Shown piece by piece: positions 1-10,000 of a DNA stretch of 32,000 bases. Numbering within the stretch: the stretch's first letter is position 1; each line of letters opens with the position of its first letter. The stretch comes from Candidatus Jordarchaeales archaeon. Lineage in GTDB: Archaea > Asgardarchaeota > Jordiarchaeia > Jordiarchaeales > Freyrarchaeaceae. The notes below the pieces were generated by a model. It saw only the letters and a program-made list of their open reading frames with translations, did not search any database and was not told where the DNA came from. The stretch lies in the NCBI GenBank assembly GCA_038889235.1, contig JAWAHN010000003.1:83703-115702 (forward strand). The letters run 5' to 3'. The translations under genes and the position numbers were made by a program.

Positions 1-952
1 ACCTGGCACATATATCCGCGTAGACCACGCTCGAGCCGCCTGAATTAGTCATTATTGCAACCCCCCGACCCTTCGGTGGCTCAGCGTACATGAACCCAAC
101 TGCTATGTCAAGCAAGTCTTCGAAGAAATCGACTTGTATGACTCCCGTCTGCCTGCAGACTCCCTCCCAGACCCTGGCTGATCCAGCCAGAGACCCCGTG
201 TGGAAGGCCGCAGCCCTAGCCCCCTCCTCACTCATCCCTCCTTTAAGTATGGCGACAGGCTTCTTCATGCACGTTTCCTTTAGCAGTTCGAGGAGGCCGT
301 CAGTTTTCTTGAAGCCCTCCACGTACCCCAGTATTATGTCCGTTTTAGGGTCGTCCTTGAGGTATCCGAGGAAGTCTATGAAGTCGAGGTCGCAGGCGTT
401 GCCATAGCTTATAACCTTGCTGAACCTCACGTTTCTGAGACGTGCATTCGCAACCAGGTTCACAGCCCTTCCACCGCTCTGCGAGATGAACGCCACCGGG
501 CCGGGCTCACTCGGCTGGTCGTTGACAAACCTCAACCCGGATTCAGGGCAGTAGATTCCCATGCAGTTTGGACCTATTATCCTGAAGCCACCCTGCCTAG
601 CTATCTCAACCAGCTTTTCCTCAAGCGCCCTCCCCTCCGCCGTCCCAGTCTCACTGAACCCCGAAGTGAAGATGTGCACCGCTTTCACCCCTCTTCTGGC
701 GCACTCAAGTAGAATGCTGGGTGTTTGAGTCGCCGGGACGGCCACTATAACGTAGTCAACTTTTTCCGGTATGTCTAGCAGGCTTGGGTAGCTCTTGACA
801 CCCGAGACCTCCTTGTAGTTGGGGTTAACGACGAATACTTTGAGCATCCCGGCCTCGGCTAAAGCCTCCACGTAGTACCTCACATTCCTATCAGAGGCGC
901 CAACCACAGCGACACTTTTAGGATAAAAAACTTCATCCAAGCTTGCACTCAT
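1..952 (-). CDS. Acyl-CoA synthetase (ADP-forming) alpha-type / CoA-binding protein, 3' end truncated by window edge
   Basis: Manual translation from ATG at 952 gives MSASLDEVFYPKSVAVVGAS...VNP...GFSE...IIGPNCMG...ISQSG...YGNACDLDF...LKGG...AAAFHTGSLAG...TNSGG. These are the standard motifs of the acetate-CoA ligase alpha family, including the phospho-His motif HTGSLAG. It is absent from the ORF track because there is no stop inside the window. Confidence 0.92.
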   Translation of the reverse strand, partial: MSASLDEVFYPKSVAVVGASDRNVRYYVEALAEAGMLKVFVVNPNYKEVSGVKSYPSLLDIPEKVDYVIVAVPATQTPSILLECARRGVKAVHIFTSGFSETGTAEGRALEEKLVEIARQGGFRIIGPNCMGIYCPESGLRFVNDQPSEPGPVAFISQSGGRAVNLVANARLRNVRFSKVISYGNACDLDFIDFLGYLKDDPKTDIILGYVEGFKKTDGLLELLKETCMKKPVAILKGGMSEEGARAAAFHTGSLAGSARVWEGVCRQTGVIQVDFFEDLLDIAVGFMYAEPPKGRGVAIMTNSGGSSVVYADICAR

Positions 953-1085
953 CGTGGACACCAGCCCGGTGACCGATAGGCTCACGAGAAAAACGGGAAT
1001 TTTAAACCTTACTCAAGACCTGCATAAGTTGGAAGGCGGCTGTGCGTGCAGTCAGCTGGGTGCGTGAAGAGCGAAGTGTTAACTT

Positions 1086-2288
1086 TCAGAAGGGTGAACT
1101 CGACCGCTGAAGGACGAACTCACAGTAGTCATCACCCTTAGCCACACACTTCTCCTCCCTAGAAGTGAATGGAGGCTCCCCCTTGGTCTCAGCAAAGTGG
1201 TTTAGGATTCCCTCCACGATCCACCCGTAAGTGCAAATTGGACGCTTAGCCAGCCTCCTTCTTGCAATGTAGCTTCTGGCGACCTCCGCGTAGATAGACT
1301 GGTACACCCTGAAGACCACCTCGGACTCTTCGAACTTTATCAACTCACTCTTCCCCCAACCCATGGAGGATGTTGAGGAAAGAAAGAAGTTCACCACTTT
1401 TTCAACGCCGTGTTTCTCACCCTGCTTTGCGAGCAAACGACCATAGCCCACGTGTGCCTTCATGTAAGCCGCGTACACAACTCCACCGAACAACTCGACG
1501 GGAACCAGCATTTGAGCAATAGAATACATTCCTCCTTCAACCATCAGTATTCTTTCCCTCCCAATGCCAACAGTACCGTCACTTCTCATCTCCAGCTTGT
1601 TAAGGAATTTCCAGATATCCCCGCACTCCTCAGAAGAAGGGGCTTGGACAGCAGCTGGCTCGTACTTGTTGCGGGCTAAGTATGTAAGCTCTTCCTCTAT
1701 ACCTTTGAAGGGGTCCTCCTTGTCGCATGCGGGCTCAATATAGAACTCACAATAATCGTCTCCGAGAGCGAAGCACTTTTCCGAGTAATATGTGAGCGGT
1801 GGGGCGCTACGGCCGCTTTTCTCCAACGCCGCTCTGACTGCTCCAACCCAGTTGTAACCCCACCACGGGCAACTGAAGAACGGAAACACAGCTTTAACAT
1901 TTCTAATATTTCTCTTAAACCAGCACGACACAGCTGAATTGTATATCCTCACGATGACCCTAGGCTTTTCAATGTCGGCCTCAACAATTTCAGTCTTACC
2001 CCGCCCTCCAACGGTGTAAAGCCACGCGTATTTTTCAAGCGCCTCCTCCGGAGAGTAGCCCTCGTCCATCAGCATGCTCACTGTGGTAAACCCTGGGATC
2101 ACTTGGAAGCGGAAGAAGTAATCTTTTGCCAGGAAGCCTAACGTGCTCATAATATCTTTGTAGAGCATTCCAGGTATTACTTCAGCTATGAAAGCGCAGC
2201 GTAGGTTCTTCCAGTAAATCCTCCACCTTTCGACGCGAATATCACTTATGAAGTCCTCAAGAGCGCTTCTCTGCTTTGTTTCGGGCAT
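1086..2288 (-). CDS. Tandem double V4R (XylR-N/4-vinyl reductase-like) domain protein, paralog 1
   Basis: Two internal repeats, each ending in a V4R Cys motif (EKCFALGDDYCEF; EEKCVAKGDDYCEF), plus the SMGWG motif. The ORF track starts at TTG 2324; ATG 2288 gives about 400 aa, matching its paralog. Confidence 0.82.
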   Translation of the reverse strand: MPETKQRSALEDFISDIRVERWRIYWKNLRCAFIAEVIPGMLYKDIMSTLGFLAKDYFFRFQVIPGFTTVSMLMDEGYSPEEALEKYAWLYTVGGRGKTEIVEADIEKPRVIVRIYNSAVSCWFKRNIRNVKAVFPFFSCPWWGYNWVGAVRAALEKSGRSAPPLTYYSEKCFALGDDYCEFYIEPACDKEDPFKGIEEELTYLARNKYEPAAVQAPSSEECGDIWKFLNKLEMRSDGTVGIGRERILMVEGGMYSIAQMLVPVELFGGVVYAAYMKAHVGYGRLLAKQGEKHGVEKVVNFFLSSTSSMGWGKSELIKFEESEVVFRVYQSIYAEVARSYIARRRLAKRPICTYGWIVEGILNHFAETKGEPPFTSREEKCVAKGDDYCEFVLQRSSSPF

Positions 2289-2470
2289 TGTTTCATCACA
2301 CTTGCCGTTTGATGGACATTTCAAATTATATTCACGCGTCTAATTAATCTTTCCCAATCATAACATGTGTTATTAGCAAGTTTTGTATAAAAAAGTTGTA
2401 AAAATCGTGATTGTGCCGCGCTCAGGTGGAGACATTAACGATGTAAACGATTGGCGGTCGGTTTTCTTTG

Positions 2471-3673
2471 TCATAGCTTTGATTTCTCCAATATGAACTC
2501 GCAGAACTTGTCGCCTTTTGCTACACATTTTTCCTCTCTCGCTGTGAAGGGCGGCTCCCCCTCTTTTTCGGCGAAGTAGTTTAGGACCCCCTCCACTATG
2601 TAGCCCATTGGGGCACAGGAGGGTTGGGGGTTGAGCCCTTTGAGCTTTATGTACGCTCCACACTCTTCACCGTAAAGCGGCTGGTGCATTACGATCTTTA
2701 CTTCTTGCCCGTCGACCTTTGTTGTTTTCATGTAACCCCACCCCATAGACGATGCTGAATTCAAGAAGAAGTTTAGCACGTTCTCTGCCCCGTACTTTTC
2801 ACCTTGCCTTGAGAGGTATTTTCCGTACTCGTTGTTTGCCCTTCTGTAAACGGCGTATATCATGTCCCCGAATTTTTCGAGCGGCAGCATCCAGTAAGCA
2901 ATGGAGAAGAGCATGCTAGGTGTTAGGAGTGTTCTGTCGCCTCCTATGCCCACAGTTCCATCCTCTTTAACATCTAGAAGGCTGAGGAAGCCTTTAATGG
3001 CCTCCTCAGGGCTTCCGGGCGCCTGCCCCCCGTTTACGGCTGCCTTAACGTTTTCGTAGTTGAAAAACTCTCTCAGCATGTTGGACTCGAACAAGCGTAA
3101 ACTTTCATCTTCCCCCTGTGTTATAACCCACTCGCAATATTTCCCCCCTTTAGCGAGGCACTCCGTTTCTTCGTAAACAAGGGGAGGCGTGCTCATCCCT
3201 TTCTCCATCATGGCTGCTCTGAACGCCCCGATCCAGCCGTAACCCCACCACGCGCAGTCATAAAAGGGAAAAACCTTTTCCAGGTTTTCCACGTTATCCC
3301 TAAACCACGAAGCGATACTTGAATTGTAGGTCCTCACTACCATTTCGGGCTTTTCGAAGTCGACGCTAACCACCTCGGTGAACCCCCACCCGGCTGCACT
3401 GACGAAGCTAGCGAAGCTTTCAAGCGCCTCCTCGGGAGGCAACCCTCCTTTCACGATTTTGCTCACCTCTGCGAAACATGAAAGGGCAGTGAACTGTAAG
3501 ATGACGCTTTTAAGCGAAGGCCCGAGGACCTTCATCAGCTCCCTCGTAACCCGCATGAGTAGCTCACGCGAAATGAAAGCGTACCTCATCCCGCCGTAAA
3601 TTATTCTCCACCCGTCAAAACCTAAACGAGACTTGAAATCGCTGAGAGCGCGTTTCACTTCTTCAGCAAACAA
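2471..3673 (-). CDS. Tandem double V4R domain protein, paralog 2
   Basis: 400 aa with AAGWG...ETECLAKGGKYCEW in the first half and SMGWG...EEKCVAKGDKFCEF in the second. It is collinear with the 1086..2288 protein (shared VFPF.C.WWGY.W.GA.RAA and EGEPPFT.REEKCVAKGD). Confidence 0.85.
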   Translation of the reverse strand: MFAEEVKRALSDFKSRLGFDGWRIIYGGMRYAFISRELLMRVTRELMKVLGPSLKSVILQFTALSCFAEVSKIVKGGLPPEEALESFASFVSAAGWGFTEVVSVDFEKPEMVVRTYNSSIASWFRDNVENLEKVFPFYDCAWWGYGWIGAFRAAMMEKGMSTPPLVYEETECLAKGGKYCEWVITQGEDESLRLFESNMLREFFNYENVKAAVNGGQAPGSPEEAIKGFLSLLDVKEDGTVGIGGDRTLLTPSMLFSIAYWMLPLEKFGDMIYAVYRRANNEYGKYLSRQGEKYGAENVLNFFLNSASSMGWGYMKTTKVDGQEVKIVMHQPLYGEECGAYIKLKGLNPQPSCAPMGYIVEGVLNYFAEKEGEPPFTAREEKCVAKGDKFCEFILEKSKL

Positions 3674-3703
3674 GTAATACCCCCCTCTTCACACAACCCC
3701 GGT

Positions 3704-3720
3704 CCTTAGAACTTCTAAGG
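3704..3720. promoter_or_regulatory. Perfect 8-1-8 palindrome CCTTAGAA-C-TTCTAAGG, candidate operator or 5' hairpin
   Basis: Read directly from the sequence. It lies between an AT-rich TATA-like element (~3729-3740, minus strand) and the V4R start at 3673. Confidence 0.45.
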
Positions 3721-3805
3721 AGCTCCCTGATATATTAACTTTTTTAACTAGCTTTATTAACTTCCTTTTTATTTTAAAACGTTGAATTTGAGGCTTGAAA
3801 ACCTG

Positions 3806-5725
3806 TTAACTTATACTGCCTTTAACAATTGCGTGAATTTTCTCTGGGTCTACTTCTGGTAGCCTCACATAGCGTGCCTGAGCGTGTTTCACTATTGTTT
3901 CTATGTAGCTCGGCTTCCAGTAGTTGGTGCGCGTGTCGACGACTATGGTTGTTGCTCCAATCCTCCTGAGGTTTTCCGAGAGTCTTTCCAGCTCCGCCCG
4001 CACTCCCAACCTCCAGTCTAGGGGTACGTTAGCCTGCCCATCTGTTATGATTAGCACGATCGGTTTAAGCTCGCTTCTGGAAAGCTTCTCCCTCTTAATA
4101 AGCTCTAACGCCTTGAGCATTGCTGAGGAAAGCGGAGTCTTTCCCCCCGTGGGAAGGCTCTTTAGGAGGCTTGCAGCTGCGTCGAGGTTTGAAGTCGGCG
4201 GAAGCACAACTTGCGCTTCCCTTCCTCTGAAAGCCACGAAGGCAACCCTATCCCTGTTAATGTAAGCGTCCCTTAGAAGGGAGAGCGCCACCCCCTTAGC
4301 TGCCTCCATTCTCCTTAGAGCCGCCATGGAGCCGCTTGCGTCGACAATTAACACCACGAGTGCTGGAGCCCTAGCGAACCTAACTTTCTCCCTAAGGTCT
4401 TCAGGCTTAATAACCAATCTACCCTCCCTCCACCCTCCCCTGGCAGCTGCAGCCCTTATTGTGGCGTCGAGAGCTATGTCCCTGGTTTTACCTCGTGGGA
4501 TGGTGCTCGCCACGTAAGCTCCCCGACCATTGCTCGACTTAACCCTCAGCCTTCTTCCGCACCTTACGGTGCAGTTCGCCTTCTCGTCAAATTCGAAGCT
4601 TAGGTGGTAGGAGGGGTCTGCCTCGAAAACCTTCTCACCCATAAGCTCCCCCTCGCTACCATTCCCCTCTCTAACTTCACCTGGCGACTCCCTAGCCTTC
4701 TCAAGCAGCTCCCTGACTTGCTGCATGTCTAAGCGCGGCTGCTCGAAGGGGTGCCTCCTCATCCTGTGCGGGAGAGCTAGGCTCATGGCTTCCTCGACGT
4801 CTCGCTCGCTCACAGTTGTGCGGCCCTCGAACGCCGCTATGGTCTTAGCTGTCTTGACCACTGTTATCTCAGCTCTACTGCTCGTCCTTAAGCTGGCGCA
4901 CACGCTGGCCACGGCAAGCAGTAATTCGTCGCTCATCGTAACGCTTGGAAGCGTCTCCATAGCTCTGGCAATCTTAGCTTTGAGCCCCTCCTGCTCTTCC
5001 CTGTACTTCTCTATGAACGCTAACGGGTCATTCTCGAACTCCTCAACTCTCCTCACAATCTCAGCTCTAAGACGGGGGTCGTCGAGCCCCCCGACCTCAA
5101 CCTGGAGGCCAAACCTGTCGAGAAGCTGCGGCCTCAGCTCACCTTCCTCGGGGTTCATCGTGCCGATGAGAATGAACTTCGCCGGGTGCGAGACCGAGAC
5201 CCCCTCCCGCTCCACGACGTTGACACCGCTCGCGGCGGCGTCCAGCAGCACGTCGGCGACATAGTCGTCGAGGAGGTTGACCTCATCCACGTAGAGTATC
5301 CCCCTGTTGGCTTCAGCCAGCAATCCTGGCTCCAGCGCCTTAAGCCCCTCCTTCATCGCCCTCTCTATGTCAAGGGACCCTGCAACTCTGTCGACTGTGG
5401 CGTTTAGGGGGAGGTCCACGATCCTAACCTTCCTCTTGACATGGGGGAGCACCCCCTCCTTTTCAAACCGTTCGAAGCAGTTGTCGCACATCTCCGCCGG
5501 GTTACGCGGGTTACAGTTGAACGGGCACCCGTCCACAACTTCTATCTCCGGGAGGAGCTCGGCCAGCCCCCTGACAGCCGTAGACTTACCTGTCCCCTTC
5601 TCGCCTCTTATCAGCACCCCGCCTATCCTGGGATTTATGGCGTTCAGTATCAGCGCCTTCTTCATCGACTCTTGGCCCACGATCGCCGAGAAGGGGTAGG
5701 TGACGCGCCTCACGTGGTGGGGCAT
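3806..5725 (-). CDS. chlD: Class I chelatase ATPase subunit, ChlI/ChlD-type AAA+ fused to vWA domain
   Basis: [10 protein letters not shown], Walker A GEKGTGKS, Walker [36 protein letters not shown], then vWA MIDAS VDASGSM, GKTPL and ITDG. The ORF track starts at GTG 5734; ATG 5725 follows a GGTG SD. Confidence 0.92.
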   Translation of the reverse strand: MPHHVRRVTYPFSAIVGQESMKKALILNAINPRIGGVLIRGEKGTGKSTAVRGLAELLPEIEVVDGCPFNCNPRNPAEMCDNCFERFEKEGVLPHVKRKVRIVDLPLNATVDRVAGSLDIERAMKEGLKALEPGLLAEANRGILYVDEVNLLDDYVADVLLDAAASGVNVVEREGVSVSHPAKFILIGTMNPEEGELRPQLLDRFGLQVEVGGLDDPRLRAEIVRRVEEFENDPLAFIEKYREEQEGLKAKIARAMETLPSVTMSDELLLAVASVCASLRTSSRAEITVVKTAKTIAAFEGRTTVSERDVEEAMSLALPHRMRRHPFEQPRLDMQQVRELLEKARESPGEVREGNGSEGELMGEKVFEADPSYHLSFEFDEKANCTVRCGRRLRVKSSNGRGAYVASTIPRGKTRDIALDATIRAAAARGGWREGRLVIKPEDLREKVRFARAPALVVLIVDASGSMAALRRMEAAKGVALSLLRDAYINRDRVAFVAFRGREAQVVLPPTSNLDAAASLLKSLPTGGKTPLSSAMLKALELIKREKLSRSELKPIVLIITDGQANVPLDWRLGVRAELERLSENLRRIGATTIVVDTRTNYWKPSYIETIVKHAQARYVRLPEVDPEKIHAIVKGSIS

Positions 5726-5755
5726 GGAAACCACCGCTTATACACGACAACACAT

Positions 5756-5784
5756 TATTAAAAAATTTTTTCAAAGTATTACCA
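5756..5784 (-). promoter_or_regulatory. chlD promoter: TGGTAATACTTT-N10-TTTAATA (upstream motif plus TATA box)
   Basis: Plus strand TATTAAA at 5756-5762 and AAAGTATTACCA at 5773-5784. The same arrangement occurs upstream of cobN. Confidence 0.6.
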
Positions 5785-5883
5785 TCACTCGGCGTCCAAG
5801 CACCCCAATGGCCTTAACGTGGCGGCGACTGCGAAAATGTTTTAACGTTTTTTGGCTTAAAGGACCCTTTTGGAGGGATTTAC

Positions 5884-6741
5884 TTGTGTGACTTTTGCAG
5901 GAAGCACGCTGAGAAGTACGGCAAATGGTACCTTAACCCGAAAGGCTACTCCGAGGAACTCTTCTACAAGCTAACCATCCTAGACCGAATCCTCAACAGG
6001 AAACCTTTAAGGGAGAGGGTCATGTGGAAGTATTCGGACGCCGCGTGGTACCCCCTCTTCCTATCGAAAACGCTGGACACCGTTGACCTAGCCGCGAAGC
6101 CAATCATAGGCGGGCTAATAAGAGTAATAGGAAACGTTATCGCTGTTAGGGAGCACGCGGGGCAGGTTGTCCCTTTGGAGGACGCCTACAAGATAGTGGA
6201 GCTAAGCGAGGGGCAAGCCCTCTTCCCGTGCATGTGCAAGCGCCTCTTTAAAGGGGATGACGAGTACAAGTGCCTGAACTTCACCCCCGCACCGGAGATA
6301 GCTGAGAAGCATCCTCGAGGGTGGCGGGTTAAGTGGCTCGACAAGGAGGAGGCGAAAGAGAAACTTGAAGAGTTCTCCGAAAAAGGTTATGTTCACGCGG
6401 TCTTCTGGTGGTATGGTTTACCCCAGGTTATATGCATCTGCAACTGTGATGTCAAGTACTGCTACGCGGCCCGCCCCCGCCTGTGGTATGGTATAAGGAA
6501 AGCGTACGTTAAGGCCGAGTACGTTGCCGAGGTCGACCCGGACAGGTGTAGCGGGGACATTCCCAGGTGTGGCGACTGCGTGGCGAGGTGCCAGTTTGGC
6601 GCGATCACGCTTACGAGCGGAGCGGCAAAAATTGACGTTTACAAGTGCTTCGGGTGTGGGCAGTGCAGGTTTGGGTGTGAGGAGAATGCCATAAAGCTCG
6701 TCGATAGGAACGAACACCCGGTGGCTAGGAGGTTGTGGTAG
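5884..6741 (+). CDS. Fe-S protein: Cys-rich N-terminal domain plus C-terminal 2x[4Fe-4S] ferredoxin domain
   Basis: MCDFC, FPCMCK, CICNCDVKYC, followed by CSGDIPRCGDCVARCQFGAI and CFGCGQCRFGCEENAI. Confidence 0.82.
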   Translation: MCDFCRKHAEKYGKWYLNPKGYSEELFYKLTILDRILNRKPLRERVMWKYSDAAWYPLFLSKTLDTVDLAAKPIIGGLIRVIGNVIAVREHAGQVVPLEDAYKIVELSEGQALFPCMCKRLFKGDDEYKCLNFTPAPEIAEKHPRGWRVKWLDKEEAKEKLEEFSEKGYVHAVFWWYGLPQVICICNCDVKYCYAARPRLWYGIRKAYVKAEYVAEVDPDRCSGDIPRCGDCVARCQFGAITLTSGAAKIDVYKCFGCGQCRFGCEENAIKLVDRNEHPVARRLW

Positions 6742-6742
6742 C

Positions 6743-7006
6743 TTGGTTAAGTTCGTGTACGACGCGGAGAAGTGTATTCTTCCACACGACCCGGAGAAGC
6801 TCCGCCCCACCGTCTGCCTCAAGTGCATTGAAGCGTGTCCCAAGTCGCTCCTAATGTTCAGGCCGCTCAGGGAGGAAGGGGCCGACGGCTCCCCCGTGAG
6901 GTATGAAATATACCTGACTTTTAGGAGCCAGGCGAGCAAGTACTGTCCAGGCTGCCTCAAGTGCGTCGAAGTATGCCCGAAGAAAGCGATACAGATTAAG
7001 AAGTAA
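6743..7006 (+). CDS. Small 2x[4Fe-4S] dicluster ferredoxin
   Basis: C-(12)-CLKCIEACP with an inserted loop, and CPGCLKCVEVCPKKAI. It starts 1 nt after the previous stop, consistent with an operon. Confidence 0.85.
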   Translation: MVKFVYDAEKCILPHDPEKLRPTVCLKCIEACPKSLLMFRPLREEGADGSPVRYEIYLTFRSQASKYCPGCLKCVEVCPKKAIQIKK

Positions 7007-7019
7007 GGGTTAGAAGTGT

Positions 7020-10000
7020 TCAGTCTTCTTCAAGCATAGACTCCGTTGCAGCGTACTCGTCCTCCAAGCGTCTAAGTGTTTCCTTGTCAGCCTTCCAGTA
7101 GCCTCTTTTGTTCGCTTCTAGGAGGCGGCTGACCGTCTTCATGAATGCCCACGGGTTTTCTTTCCTCATCTTTTCTCTCCTCTCATCGTTGAGGACTATG
7201 TTCTGCGCGGCGAGGTTCCACATCCAGTCCTCTACACCGCCTAACGTGGCGGCTATCCCGAGCAGGTACTCCACCCTGTCCGCTATCTTGGCCGCCCCTG
7301 TGAACCCTGACTCGAGCATGGAGTCGAGCCACTTCGGGTTCGTCAGCCTGGTTACGACCCCTCTCCTCACAGCTTCCTCCGCCCTCTCCACTTTAACTTT
7401 CTCCCTTGTCGTGTCTGCTACCAAGACCATGGGTTTCTCACCTTTGGCCTCCTCAACAGCCTTGGTCAGCCCGCCTAGGAACTCGTAGTAGTGGTCTAGG
7501 TCTGTTATCTCGTAGTCCACAGTGTCCCTCACCTGTGTGACCACGTCGACTCTTGATAGCAACCTTCTGAACTCGTCTTCAGCCTCCACGCTCCTGTAAC
7601 CGTCGCCGTACGCGTACCTCATGCTGTCAACATAAGCTCTAACAAGGTCCGCTTCGCTTCTCCAAGACGAGGACTCAACCATGCTCGTCATCGACGTGGC
7701 GTACTCGCCTTCAGGTGGGCCGAATATTCTGTAAAGTGGACCGGTCTTCAAGTTCGCCTTAACAAAGTTCTGCTCCTCAGTCTCGTCGAGCGACGCAACT
7801 CTCCTGAAAGCCTGGTCAAGTAGCTCAACAATGTTATAGAACGTATCCCTGAGTATGCCGCAAATGGTGACGACTACATCTATCCTCGGCCTTCCGAGCT
7901 CCTCCACCGGGATTACTTCGATGTCCCTAACGTAAATGCTCTTCCAGACGGGCTTAACCCCTAGCAGTCTGAATACTGCTGCCAGCGTTTCGCCGCCGGT
8001 CTTCATCGTTTCGAAAGCCCATAGGACTACGCTGACTGCTCTAGGCCACCTCCCATGCTTCCTGTAGTAGTTTGCCACGTACTCCTCCGCTATCCTCGAC
8101 CCCCTCTCCCAGGCAGTTTCGGACGGGATGTTCGTCGGGTCAAGCTGGTACGTATTCCTACCAGTCGGGTAAACCTCGGGGCTCCTGACAGGGTCTCCTC
8201 CGGGTCCAGGTTCGACGAACTTCCCCTCTAAGGCATCGAGCACCGCCTCTATCTCCCTTGACGAGTCCACTCTCTCCGCCACCTCCTTCAAGTAAGCTAT
8301 TTCTCCGCTCACATGGGCCGGGGACTTCTCGCCTTCAAGCACGTATCGCTTTATGAGACTGCGCACCTCTCCTTCAACTTTCTCGAGCAGCTCGGCGTAC
8401 GTTTCACCGTTAACCTTCAAGTGGGGCTTTTCCAAGGCTTCGTCATAACTCAACCCTTTAGCCTCCATGAGCACCCTGTGCAGGCTCCTAATCTTCCCCC
8501 TGTCATACCTGGCAACATAGGTTAGGTAGTCCAGCTTCTCCTCTTCTCCCATTCTCTCGCCGAGCACGTGTAGTCCTCTAGGTATAAGACTCCTCTTGTA
8601 CTCCATGAGGGCGTCATACACCTCCTCGACTCCGCCGGTGAAGCCGTACTTTCCAGCCTCCTCCAAAACCTTTCTCTTAGCTTCCTCAGCTCTCTCTCCT
8701 CCGAATTGAGCCGCGTCGAAGTACTGCAGGATGAGCCTCTCAAGCTTGGAGAAGTCGCCGTGCAGCCCACTCGAGGACACGGGCGGCGCCCCATGGTTGA
8801 CTATCACCGCGTAGCTCCTTCTCTTAGCTATCGAGGCCTCCGAGGAGTTTACGATATCGTACACGTAGACGTTCGGCAAGTCGGCTATCATTATGTCGGG
8901 GAAGCATTTACCCGAAAGTCCAACCTCCTTACCTGGGAGAAACTCGAGTGTTCCATGCGTTCCAACGTGGACAACCACGTCCGCGCCGAAGACGTTCCTC
9001 AACCAGTAGTAGAAGGCAAGGTACTGGTGGTGGGGTGGAATATCCCTCCCATGATACTGTTTCCCAGCCTTCTCGTGAACCCCCCTTGAGGGCTGCACTC
9101 CGATGAAGACGTTTCCAAGCAAGACCCCCGGCACGAGAAGGCGGCCCCCGTAAACCATTATGTCTCCTGGAGGCGGCCCCCACCGTTCAAGCACTATTTT
9201 CCTAGCCTCCTCCGGCAGCCTAGAGAACCATTTAACGTAGTCTTCAAGGGGAACATTGGGCAACTTGGCCGCCCTTTCGGGTGTTAGAACCCACTCCCCC
9301 GAGTTTACTGCTCCGCTCTCGAGGAGGAGCCTTTTGAGGTCCTCCCCGCTCTTCAGTTGAGCCCCAACTTTGAAGCCTTTCCTCTCCATAGCTTTGAGTA
9401 GCCGCACGGTGCTCTCCAGAGTGTTGAGGTACGAGGCTTTCCCCAAGTTTTCTTCTCCTGGAGGATAATCGTAGAGCACTATCGCGACTTTCTTATCACT
9501 GTTGGGCTTCGTTCTGAGGCTGATCCACCGGGCGGCTCTACCTGCAATCCTTTCAACCCTGTCCTCTACTGGAACATACTCGTCGACGATGACACCCTTA
9601 AATTTCCCCTTCACGGGCCCTACTAGGGGTATGGGCTCGCACCTTCCATCCAGCTCTGGGAGTATGACCGTTGTCACCGTTTCCACGGGTGGAACCCCGT
9701 CTCTCGACTCCAGCCACTCCTCGACGCTTCTAGACGAAAGGAGTATGCCGTGGAGGAGTGGTACATTTAGGCGTCTGAGGACCTCAAGTGCCTCCCTGTG
9801 GTCTCCGCCTATAGGTCCGCCCGCCAGCCTGAACCATAGCAGGTCGACGACGCACTCGACTACGGGCTTCCCATCCTTGAAGAAGAATCGCTCTAAGCCA
9901 AGGTGATATCTGAGGTCTGAGGAGAATAACGGGACGACGCCCAGCCCCTTCGCCTCGAGCTTCTCAGCCAACATTTTTGCTGCGGGGAGAGTTTGGTCGT

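Noticed and set aside
4600-4760. Programmed ribosomal frameshift in the chlD linker producing a separate ChlI subunit
   Set aside because: The gene is continuous in one frame and the linker has no A-run or X-XXY-YYZ slippery site.
6739-6745. Stop-codon readthrough (Pyl at TAG) fusing the two Fe-S genes
   Set aside because: The downstream ferredoxin starts in a different frame (1-nt gap).
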